Origin: a bacterium
GTDB lineage: Bacteria; Actinomycetota; Acidimicrobiia; Acidimicrobiales; Ilumatobacteraceae
DNA: 55,967 bases
Assembly: GCA_037133935.1 (NCBI GenBank)
Contig: JBAXNF010000001.1
Span: forward strand, 1 to 55,967
Direction of reading: 5' to 3'
Shown: in pieces, positions 1 through 9,300 of the stretch
Layout of the letters: every line of letters begins with the position of its first letter
Numbering within the stretch: position 1 is the first letter of the stretch
The notes under the pieces: generated by a model
What the model was told of the DNA's origin: nothing
The model's database searches: none
Seen by the model: the letters and a program-made list of their open reading frames with translations, nothing else
Made by a program: the position numbers and the translations under genes

Positions 1-1
1 C

Positions 2-856
2 GATATTCGTGTTGCCGATGAAGCCGCCGCAGTTGTCGCCGCAAAGAAATACTTCAACTACTTTGCACAAGCACGCGTGACTGCGCAACCCGGCAATGAC
101 GCCGCCCTACGCGATGTTGTTCCTGAACAGCGCACACGTATTTACGATGTTCGTCAGGCAATTGAAGCTGTTGCTGACGGCGGACAATTCCTCGAACTTC
201 GCTCTGCTTTTGGTGTAGGAATAGTGACTGCTCTTTTGCGCATTGAAGGCTTTGCCGTGGGCCTTATTGCCAATAATCCCGCTCACCTTGGTGGGGCAAT
301 TGATTCAGATGCTGCCGATAAGGCTTCGCGCTTCATTCAGTTATGCGATGCACATGATCTGCCCATTGTTTCTTTTTGCGATACGCCAGGGTTCATGGTG
401 GGCCCTGAAGCAGAAGAGACTGCGCAAGTACGCCACTTCAGCCGCATGTTCGTGACCGCAGGCAGCATCACTGTTCCTTGGCTCACTGTGGTTTTACGAA
501 AGGGCTACGGCCTTGGCGCACAAGCAATGGCGGGCGGTAGTTTCCACGCCACATCGTTTACTGTTTCTTGGCCAACTGGCGAGTTCGGTGGCATGGGTTT
601 GGAAGGCGCAGTGCGACTTGGCTTCAAAAAAGAACTCGACGCCATTGCCGATCCAGTTGAACGTAAAGCGTTGGAAGACAAACTCATTGCAAGCGCCTAC
701 GAACGTGGCAGTGCCCTCAACATGGCCTCACACATGGAAATAGATGAAGTCATTGACCCAGCCGACACACGTATGCGCATTGCTGGCATGTTGCGTAGCT
801 ACCCACCTACTCCACAACGCACTGGCAAAAAACGCCCGATGATAGATACGTGGTAA
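2..856 (+). CDS. Acyl-CoA carboxylase carboxyltransferase (beta) subunit, C-terminal part; the 5' end lies outside the window
   Basis: The frame is open from nt 2, with no stop before the GTG at 77. The translation has carboxyltransferase-domain strings (GLIANNPAHLGGAIDSDAADKASRFIQLCDAHDLPIVSFCDTPGFMVGPEAE; SWPTGEFGGMGLEGAV). TAA at 854-856. Confidence 0.85.
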   Translation, partial: DIRVADEAAAVVAAKKYFNYFAQARVTAQPGNDAALRDVVPEQRTRIYDVRQAIEAVADGGQFLELRSAFGVGIVTALLRIEGFAVGLIANNPAHLGGAIDSDAADKASRFIQLCDAHDLPIVSFCDTPGFMVGPEAEETAQVRHFSRMFVTAGSITVPWLTVVLRKGYGLGAQAMAGGSFHATSFTVSWPTGEFGGMGLEGAVRLGFKKELDAIADPVERKALEDKLIASAYERGSALNMASHMEIDEVIDPADTRMRIAGMLRSYPPTPQRTGKKRPMIDTW

Positions 857-1918
857 CTACTCCGCTGCAGGTTTAAAGAGTGAATCGAGGACGCCATCTG
901 CAGGAAGCGGAACGAGTTCTGCATCCACTTCAAGTTGGCTGGCAGTTTTATCGGCACAGAACTCACATGCAGAACCACCTTCACGCGAATTGAGAGGCGT
1001 GAGTTCAATGGTTCCTGAAGTTCCCGACCAACCACCCGTTGCCTGCCCTGGTGTTACAGCACCTTCAAGGTAGATCCAAGTTTCTTTCACTGGGTCAATA
1101 ACTACCCGCGACAATTGGTCGGGCAAGTTGCTGTCGTACACGATGATATTAAAAGTTCCGTCGGCAGAGCGAGTAACACCTACAGGCAACAGCGCATGAC
1201 CGGACGACTTCGTATAAATACCCATTGTGGCAAATACACCTTTACGCATACCCCGCAAGGCTCCGTCGAGCACGCCTTTAATTCCTTTTTCACGAATAAC
1301 TGTGGTGTCGGCAACAACCTTCGGAGAAAACTGCGTCGCCCACCAATAGTTAATTTGCTTCAACAACTTTGGGTCGTTGGGGTCGAGGTCGGATACCGAC
1401 TTCGCACCAGGCTGCAGATCTTCTAACTTCACTGCACCGGCTGCCAAAAGTGCACTCATGACCACCATGCCTTCACAACGACCACCAGCAACCTGCTTGT
1501 TGAGTTTGTCGAGCTGAGCTTGTGATTCAGTTGTGAGCACACAGTTTGCTGCTACGCCAGAAATGCACACGTTTGCTGCACCGAATAGCGTGACAAACTC
1601 ATCGGGGTTAAAGGTGTCGCCTGTGTACTGATAGCTGCCCCAGTTAGCAAAAGAAAACTTGCTGTCTTGGCGGTACCCAGAGTCAACACACAATTCACCT
1701 GAACCAAATTCGCTTGGTGCTGGGCCCGAGCAAGAAACATCAGAGGTCTTCGAACCAGCTTTCGCTGCCGATGGCTCTTCCACAATGAGGTCTGCAAGCG
1801 CTGCCTGGGCATCGACTTTCCCGCCACCGCCTGCTGCTCCTCCGCCACACGCCACCAGAAAAGCACTGGCCACAATGACGGCTGAACTCAGCCGCACCAA
1901 GGTTCTACTACGCAACAT
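857..1918 (-). CDS. Lipoprotein carrying an unrecognised Cys-His-Asn domain (paralog A, 353 aa)
   Basis: Long ORF with a signal peptide and lipobox (AFLVAC-GGGAAGGGG). It shares conserved blocks with two other proteins in the window: FSFANWG, GGRCEGM (Cys148, nt 1475-1477), WWATQF, SSGHALLP (His241), YDSN (Asn264), GGWSG..ELTP. It starts 2 nt after the stop of the upstream SBP gene. Confidence 0.8.
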   Translation of the reverse strand: MLRSRTLVRLSSAVIVASAFLVACGGGAAGGGGKVDAQAALADLIVEEPSAAKAGSKTSDVSCSGPAPSEFGSGELCVDSGYRQDSKFSFANWGSYQYTGDTFNPDEFVTLFGAANVCISGVAANCVLTTESQAQLDKLNKQVAGGRCEGMVVMSALLAAGAVKLEDLQPGAKSVSDLDPNDPKLLKQINYWWATQFSPKVVADTTVIREKGIKGVLDGALRGMRKGVFATMGIYTKSSGHALLPVGVTRSADGTFNIIVYDSNLPDQLSRVVIDPVKETWIYLEGAVTPGQATGGWSGTSGTIELTPLNSREGGSACEFCADKTASQLEVDAELVPLPADGVLDSLFKPAAE

Positions 1919-1920
1919 AG

Positions 1921-3051
1921 TTACCCCTTGACCAAAGTACCGGCAGATGCCTTTTTACGTAATTCAGTGTGAATGGCAATTGCAGTATCAAGACCTGTTG
2001 AGTATTTACCCGGCACCATGCGTGCGAGTTCCTCTGGGCTAAAGAACATAAATTCTTTGTAAGGAAGTTCTGAAGGCAACATTGCTTCCAAACTTGCAGA
2101 GCCCGTGTGGGAACCAATGAACATCGCATCGCGAGCTGAGTTCAATGGGTCAAGCATGAAGTTGATGTAGTCATAAGCAGCTTCTTTGTGGCGTGCATCT
2201 TTGACGATGCAGTAGTTGTCCATCCAACCTTCAGTTTTCGGAGCACCTACTCCCCACTTCCACTTGCTTACATCTTGGCCAGCTTCTTTGAGCGCTAGCA
2301 GACAGCGACGCGCATCGCCATTGAATATCTGTGACAGCGCATATGGAGTATCGAGGATGACGCTCTGTGGCGCAGAGTCGAGACCACCAAGGTGCGGCGC
2401 AAGTTCGTTCAACAAAAAGTTCTTGCACGCAGCCATTGCTTCTTCATTGTCGTTGTCCCACTCCAAATCGTTTGCCCAGAAGTACAAACCGGTTGAGTCG
2501 ATAGGCGCATCGAGAAGCGAAGTCTTGCCACTAGCTTCTCCCTTTGCGGCTTCAATGAAGTCATTCCATGTTGCAATGGGTTTTGTCACTACAGAAGAGT
2601 CGTACAACCAACCAACTGTTCCCCATGCTTTACATACCGAGTAGGTATTTTTGCGGTCCCACGGCTGATCGGTGTATTGGGCATCGAGTTGATTGAAGTT
2701 AGGAATTTTCGACAAGTCGAGTTGTTCCAGCAGTTCGCGCCGCACCATTTCTGGAATAAACATTCCAGTTGGCACGACGATGTCGAATCCACTCTTCCCA
2801 TTTGCAGCGGCGAGTTTTGCAATGAGGTCCTCAGACGAGTTGAAAATAGCAACTGTGGTATCGCCCCATGCAGCCAACAGTTCTGGGTCGGTGTAGTCGG
2901 CCCAGCTGTAGAGGTTCATGCGTCGCTCTACCAATGTTGAAGCAGTTGGTCCTGTACTGCCGTAATAGTTATTGACCTTGTCGCCACAACTAGCGAGCGC
3001 TGCAGCGGCTGCGGTGGCACCAATTGCACCCAAGAATTTACGGCGAGACAT
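1921..3051 (-). CDS. PotD/PotF-family (polyamine-type) ABC transporter substrate-binding lipoprotein with a twin-arginine-like signal
   Basis: SBP-like translation (NLYSWADYTDPELL, GFDIVVPTGMFIPEMV, YSVCKAWGTVGWLYD). The signal MSRRKFLGAIGATAAAAALASCG favours the ATG at 3049-3051. The track ORF extends to 3150 (alternative starts 3150 or 3132). Confidence 0.75.
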   Translation of the reverse strand: MSRRKFLGAIGATAAAAALASCGDKVNNYYGSTGPTASTLVERRMNLYSWADYTDPELLAAWGDTTVAIFNSSEDLIAKLAAANGKSGFDIVVPTGMFIPEMVRRELLEQLDLSKIPNFNQLDAQYTDQPWDRKNTYSVCKAWGTVGWLYDSSVVTKPIATWNDFIEAAKGEASGKTSLLDAPIDSTGLYFWANDLEWDNDNEEAMAACKNFLLNELAPHLGGLDSAPQSVILDTPYALSQIFNGDARRCLLALKEAGQDVSKWKWGVGAPKTEGWMDNYCIVKDARHKEAAYDYINFMLDPLNSARDAMFIGSHTGSASLEAMLPSELPYKEFMFFSPEELARMVPGKYSTGLDTAIAIHTELRKKASAGTLVKG

Positions 3052-3188
3052 CGCTGCCTGGAGCCGCTCGGTAATGCCTTCGGCTACCGATTCGTGGGCG
3101 AGAATTCTGATGGGTTCACGATCGTTTGACATACCGAAAGTGTAGTTCAAACAGACGTGTCGCTTGGCAAATGTCGTAGCCTCTCCAT

Positions 3189-4616
3189 GTGCGATACCGA
3201 CGTTTTTTTATCAAAAAAATGCTCTCTATTTGCTGCTTATTTCCCGTCCTTTTGTCCTGCGGGAATACCTCTTCCACGGCACCTGCGCCCACAGAGGCCG
3301 CATCGTCTACAGTCTTGGAAAATTCCCCTCCCGAATGGAAAAAATGTGGCGATATTGAGTGCACCACCATCACGGTTCCCTTCGACTACGCCAGCCCTGA
3401 ACTCGGTACTTTCCAAATTCCCCTCACTCGGCAACGCGCTCTTGACGACGACCTGCGCCAAGGTGTACTTCTGGTAAACCCAGGAGGCCCAGGTGCCCCA
3501 GGAATTTCGCTTGCCCAAAATGCGGCGTACTACTTCAGCAAAGACCTCATGACCCATTTCGACATTGTGGGGTGGGACCCACGCGGAACGGGAGCCTCTA
3601 CCCCCACCTTCGATTGCGGTGATTCCTACAGCGACTTTTTTGCTAACGAACGCACGGTGGCTTCAACGCAGAAATTTGTTGATGCCTGCAAGGCAGAGAA
3701 CCCACAAATTATTTCTCATATGTCTACAGTCGCTTCGGCGCGAGATATTGAGGCCATTCGCATTGCGCTTGGTGAGGAAAAGATCTCGTACTTCGGCTTT
3801 TCCTACGGCAGCACATTGGGCGCAACATGGGCAACGCTTTTCCCCGACACGGTTCAAGGTGCAGTTTTTGATGCGTCCGCCACACCCAATTCAACAAGTG
3901 CCGAGCGCCGGCTGACGCAAGCCGAAGGGTTTGAAAAACAACTCACTGCATTTCTCGCTCAGTGCTCGAAAAACCCGTCGTGTGTTTTCCATAATACCGG
4001 AAGAGCTGAAGAGGCATTTGACGATCTCCTGAAGACCCAGGCCACAGTAAATGCAACCGTTGTCCTTACTGCTACCGCATCTTCCCTTTACGACGACAGC
4101 GCATGGGAAGACCTTGCCAAAGCGCTACGCAGCGCTCAAGACGGTATCGAGGATCTCATACGCGACCTCTACAACTCGTACTATTACCAAGATGCTGGCT
4201 ATGAAGACAGCCGCAATGTTTCCGAGGCATCTATTGCCACCATTTGCGACGACGAGACTCAGCGCATGTCGACAGCAGAAGTTGATGCACAACTCGTTTC
4301 CTTCACACACGTCGCTCCGCGATTCGGAAACTTCTTTGGTCGCGACTACACCTGTTCACTGTGGCCAACTCAAAAATCTTCGCAGGATCAACTAAAAATC
4401 TCCTCCCCTGCCCCCATTGTGGTCATCGGGTCTACCAATGACCCCGTTACCCCACTTACTTCATCTCAAAGCATGAGTTCAGCATTAAAGAATTCTCGTT
4501 TCGTTAGCGTTAACTCGTCGCGTCATACGAGCTACTTAAAAAATGATTGCGCAACTCAACTTGTAGATGCGTTCCTCATCAAAGGAACTTTGCCACCTAA
4601 AAACTCTCGCTGCTAA
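3189..4616 (+). CDS. Secreted alpha/beta-hydrolase, tripeptidyl-aminopeptidase-like (S33 / TAP C-terminal domain type) lipoprotein
   Basis: Lipobox FPVLLSC-GNTSS. NPGGPGAPG oxyanion region and GFSYGS nucleophile elbow. C-terminal IGSTNDPVTPL block typical of the Streptomyces Tap family. Start may be 3189 or the ATG at 3219. Confidence 0.75.
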   Translation: MRYRRFFIKKMLSICCLFPVLLSCGNTSSTAPAPTEAASSTVLENSPPEWKKCGDIECTTITVPFDYASPELGTFQIPLTRQRALDDDLRQGVLLVNPGGPGAPGISLAQNAAYYFSKDLMTHFDIVGWDPRGTGASTPTFDCGDSYSDFFANERTVASTQKFVDACKAENPQIISHMSTVASARDIEAIRIALGEEKISYFGFSYGSTLGATWATLFPDTVQGAVFDASATPNSTSAERRLTQAEGFEKQLTAFLAQCSKNPSCVFHNTGRAEEAFDDLLKTQATVNATVVLTATASSLYDDSAWEDLAKALRSAQDGIEDLIRDLYNSYYYQDAGYEDSRNVSEASIATICDDETQRMSTAEVDAQLVSFTHVAPRFGNFFGRDYTCSLWPTQKSSQDQLKISSPAPIVVIGSTNDPVTPLTSSQSMSSALKNSRFVSVNSSRHTSYLKNDCATQLVDAFLIKGTLPPKNSRC

Positions 4617-6361
4617 GGCAGAACTGTGTCTTCAGATTTACCCACGAGAACTTCCCCCGTGTCGCTTGGTAAGCCCCCTATTGAGGTACTGCTTTTTGAG
4701 ACAGCATGGGTGGTTATAGACGCGATGTCATTTTCGAATTCCGCAATGATGCTCTCATCAAGTTTTTCAGTTTTGTCTTTAGTGTCATGCTCAACTAATT
4801 GGTGAGTTGATTCATTGAAAGACACTTCTTCCTCATCAAAGATGCCATCTTCATCAATTCCGGTTTCAATGTCTTTAAATTCAATCTTGCCAGAATCGTC
4901 AAGAAGATCAACTTCTGCAGTTCCATCAGAGTGCTCAATGAAATCAAATTCTTCCGAGCCATGCATATCTACAAGATCTTCTTCTTCCCCAGATGCTTCA
5001 TCAATGGAATATTCACCCGAGCCATGGATTTTGAGTGAAAATCCATCGCCAGATTCAGAAAGATCTTCAATCGGAAGTGGCACATCAAGTTCACCAATTT
5101 TCTTCGTACCTTTGAGTTCAAAAGACGACTGGTCGGGTCCTTCAATACCTATGGTGAATGACACTTCCTTTACCGTTGTATCAATGATGTCGCCAATGAC
5201 TGGCTCGATCTCTACGCCACCCACGCTTGGGGCAATATCTACAATTGCACCTGTGCCAAAATTGCCACCAAGAAATGGCTGAACAATAACGCCAGGAATT
5301 TGAGTCGATAAATCACGCGAGTCCACTGTGTGGTCTCCAACATGAACAAGTACAGCTGCTTTTGAAACACCGCCGGTTGTAATGAGGACTTCGGTATTTT
5401 GAACGTCGCTCTTCGTTTGAACTTTCGTAGGGCTAGCCCATGGCGCAGTTGGTTTTACTGCTCTATCGGCCATGAGAGTGAGGTCCATAGTTCCCGTGCC
5501 ACCACTCCATACCTTTGCTGCGGAATCAGCATTTGCGGCGGCCATGTTGTATGACCACGATTCTGCTGTTTTATCAATGTCAATATGTGTAATTTTGTCG
5601 GGATAGTTGTTGTCGTATGTAGAGATACGAACAATATTTTTACCATCGGTCGTTACCGCAATTGGCGTGAGTGCATGTCCACCACCATTGCCATAAATAC
5701 CCACTGTTGGTCCCGCATGGTTTCGTAAAGCTTCAGCAACTTTTTCCGCAATGCTTGACGGCGCTAACGCCCGTGACTTAGCGGTTACCGACGACACCTC
5801 GGGAAAAGTCTGTGACACCCACCAACGAGCAATGGACTCTCCTACAGGCAATTGATCTTTCGACAATTCGAATGTTGCTTTTGCACCATCTTGCATCATG
5901 GCTGCAGTTTCACCACCGGTAAATACTCGTTGGCTCAGCACTGCCATACCTTCACAACGACCGCCTGCAATGGCTACATTCATTTCATCGATCCATTGCT
6001 TTGCTGCGGGGAACTCAACACAGCCATTATTGGTGTCCATGCACACCGCTTCTTCTCCGAAAAGAGCAACAGCGAGACTCGCTGTAAATGCATCTGTGGT
6101 AGGTGCACCACCCCAGTTAGCAAAACTAAAACCATCGGTTGCCGGTGCAAGTCCGCTATCGGCACACACCTTGAACTGCGCTTCAACACCTAGATCGGCC
6201 CGCGGCGCATCGACACACTTCGTCAGCCATACTGCAGCGTCAACTGTTGTTTCACTCGCAACAGGAGCGGTGCTCGCACTGGAGCCGCCGCCTCCGCAAG
6301 CTGATAGCAAAATTACCGAGCTGAAAAAGGCAGTCCTTTTGAAATTACGCCGTTGTTTCAT
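4613..6361 (-). CDS. Lipoprotein with the Cys-His-Asn domain (paralog B) plus a highly acidic C-terminal tail (582 aa)
   Basis: The track ORF (4613-6862) runs into the 3' end of the giant gene. The ATG at 6359-6361 is preceded by AAGGAGA and gives MKQRRNFKRTAFFSSVILLSAC-GGGGSS (lipobox). Conserved blocks: FSFANWG, GGRCEGM (Cys136, nt 5954-5956), RWWVSQTF, GGGHALTP (His229), YDNN. It lies 25 nt downstream of the giant gene's stop. Confidence 0.8.
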   Translation of the reverse strand: MKQRRNFKRTAFFSSVILLSACGGGGSSASTAPVASETTVDAAVWLTKCVDAPRADLGVEAQFKVCADSGLAPATDGFSFANWGGAPTTDAFTASLAVALFGEEAVCMDTNNGCVEFPAAKQWIDEMNVAIAGGRCEGMAVLSQRVFTGGETAAMMQDGAKATFELSKDQLPVGESIARWWVSQTFPEVSSVTAKSRALAPSSIAEKVAEALRNHAGPTVGIYGNGGGHALTPIAVTTDGKNIVRISTYDNNYPDKITHIDIDKTAESWSYNMAAANADSAAKVWSGGTGTMDLTLMADRAVKPTAPWASPTKVQTKSDVQNTEVLITTGGVSKAAVLVHVGDHTVDSRDLSTQIPGVIVQPFLGGNFGTGAIVDIAPSVGGVEIEPVIGDIIDTTVKEVSFTIGIEGPDQSSFELKGTKKIGELDVPLPIEDLSESGDGFSLKIHGSGEYSIDEASGEEEDLVDMHGSEEFDFIEHSDGTAEVDLLDDSGKIEFKDIETGIDEDGIFDEEEVSFNESTHQLVEHDTKDKTEKLDESIIAEFENDIASITTHAVSKSSTSIGGLPSDTGEVLVGKSEDTVLP

Positions 6362-6386
6362 TGTTCTCCTTGGTCTAGTGGAGAGT

Positions 6387-9300
6387 TTAGCGGACGTACA
6401 TTTCGAATGACATTGAACGGTTGAGGCCGTTTGATTCGGTGCAACAGAAGGATCCGTCACCTGCAGAGTAGTTATTCCACTGCAAACCAATTCCACCCGA
6501 GGCATCGTCGGATCCGCGAACACCGTTCGGGAAGAGGCCTCCGCCGTTTTCGTTCCAGCCAAAACCCCAACGAGCTTTATGGTTGTCATTCCAGTTAAAG
6601 CCGTAGAAACGAATATCGCGCTGGCGGGTCCATACCCGAGTGTCGAAGCCTGAGTATAAGTAGGCATCACCAATGAACTGCTCCGTCGGATCACTAAAGA
6701 TCTGTAGAGGAGTCTTTGGCCCATTCGGAATGACTTGCTTCCATGTCCAACCATAAGTGTGGCCGGTAATGCTGCCTCCGTTGATACCTGCATCTGGGAA
6801 CACAGCCAGCATGCTGGTTGCCGACATGTAGTTGAATGTGTCGAACTTGGCATTGGTTGCATCGGCAGTCACGCTACCCACATTGCCAACATTCAAATTG
6901 TTTGATGTGGTCCAGTAGTCCGAGCTGTAATAGAAGGTCTGGCTGTCGCGCGGTGCCTTCATTGCCATGGTCCAGCCGCCGCCGTCTATAGCAGAATCCA
7001 TGAGACAGTAGACAGGAGTATTTACTACTGCACCACCCACACTGAGTGCAATGGTGTACATGCCGTTCGCATTGGTGGCAGTTGAGTTCTTAATGTCTAG
7101 GCACGAGCGCTTAATTTCGAACGAGCGAATTGGTCGTACCTGGAAATCCTGTGCTTTCACATGACCCGACATTCCACCATCGGGGAATCCGAGTCGTTTG
7201 GCGAATCCACCATTTTCTTCTGACGACGACCAGTACGAAGCAGATGCAAAACCACCAATGGTTGTGCGTGCTCCGAGCATTGCGGTGAGTTCATCGAGCG
7301 ATGGCAAGTACCAGTCGCCGTAACCGTTATTTGTAAAGTCGGCAGCGCTCTGGCCCGCACCTGAAGTACATGCAGCATCCATGGCAATGGTGTTTGCCTC
7401 ACCAGTTCCTATTGCATAGCCATTCGCCCCAGCAATTGAAGTGGTGTCATCATCGCACCAGGCCATGCTCGATGAAAGATCTGCCGCAGCAGCTTCAAAG
7501 AACTTGCCGGTGGTATTGCCTGTTGATGAAGGAATAAGGAAGATCTTTCCGCCGGCAGGGCCAACGTCGCCAATGCGACACTCACCGCCATCGGCACACA
7601 AAGCACCAATGCTTAGTGGAACACTAAGAGTTGCTCCATTCCAGAAACCACTAGCGGCAAGAGTTGCCGTGATAGTTGCTGTACCAGCACCCACAATAGT
7701 CACTAAGCCCGATGTCGCGTTGACTGTTGCGATGGCAGTGTTTGAACTGCTGTAGGTAACTAGGCCTGGGCTATTTGAAGATGCTGCAGCAGTCACAGTG
7801 AATGGAGCGTCGTCGGCACGGTAACCAGTGCCCGGCAATGCCAACCCACTGAACTGAGGAGTGCCATTGCTCACGCTGATGGAATTCGTAACAGCAACTG
7901 GCGCCTTGAATACACCCCATGCAGTTTGCGTAGCGGTAATGGTGAACGAGCCACTGCCAACGATGCTCACGCGACCCGTATTGGCTTCAATTGTTGCTAC
8001 GGCAGTATCGCTGCTGGTGTACGTGATGACACCATAGTTAGTGAAACTTCCACCCATTTCGTTCATGCCAGAGCTAGATGTGCTCACGTTAAAGTCGGCA
8101 GCGCCGTAGGCCATGGAGTTTGATGGAACCGAAATGCCAGACAGTGTTGGCGTAAATTTACGGCGGTCGGTCTTAGCGAAGAAGCGCACAGGGCGCACGC
8201 GGTTTGCCGCAGTCTTATACGGGTACGACCTAGCGCCGCTCGACATATTGACCGCTACATAGAGTTCTGAATAGTGGTCATTTGACGAGATGTAATCGTT
8301 AGGTGTCAAATTTCCAATGTTGTTGTCGAATAAATGAGTCTTCATCAATTCCACTAACCCCACATTGGGTATTGACCAACCGGTAATTCCATTCGCCGTG
8401 TAGGCATTCGCTTCAACACCAGCGCCAGCTGTACAGTTCCGCAACTGAACCAAAGCCCATTGCTTTGCGATACTTGGATCAAGCATCCAACCAACCGCTC
8501 CAACAAGCGCGGTTGTTGCCCCCGCACCCACGCACCAAACAGTTGGAGCAATATCTGAAGGCGCTGCTTCTACATAGTCATATTCATTTGAGGCATCAGG
8601 GTTGACGTAAATAATGCGGCCACCAGCAGGGCCAATGTCGCCTACTACACAAGACATACCTAGTTGACAATCGGTGAGAGGAGTGAAGGCACGTACGGGC
8701 CGCACGCGGAAGCCCTGCGATTTCACATGACCCGACATTCCACCATCGGGGAAGCCGAGGCGCTTAGCAAATTCACCATTTTCTTCTGACGACGACCAGT
8801 AGGAAGCAGACACAAAGCCGCCAATAGCCGCTCGCCTATCAAACATTTCGGTGAGTTCATTAAGTGACGGCAAGTACCAATCGCCATAACCATTGTTCGC
8901 GTAGTCGGCAGCACTTTGGCCCGCACCAGAAGTACATGCGGTGTCCATGGCAACGGTATTTGCATTACCGGTTCCCACTACATATCCATTTGCACCTATT
9001 GCCGAAGAAACATCATTACACCACGCCATTGCAGTGGAAAGATCACTTGGCGCGGCTTCAAGGTAACGTCCCCACGACTGGTTCGAGCCTGCGTCGTAGA
9101 ACACCACGCCACCACCAGGACCAGTATCGCCAATGCTGCACAAGCCACCAGCAGCACATGCAGTATTCACTGTCAGCGTCACAGTTGAAGTTGCGCCCTT
9201 GTACTGGCCAGTGCCACCAATGTTTGCAGCCAACACTGTGTTGCCCAAACCTTCAATGTGCACGAGGCCTGTTGTTGCATTCACAGTTGCAACTTCGGTA

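Noticed and set aside
6362-6862. N-terminal 167-aa extension of track ORF 4613-6862, which overlaps the 3' end of the giant gene
   Set aside because: The extension has no signal or domain character and lies inside the well-supported giant ORF. The internal ATG at 6361 has a strong AAGGAGA RBS and yields a canonical lipoprotein signal peptide.
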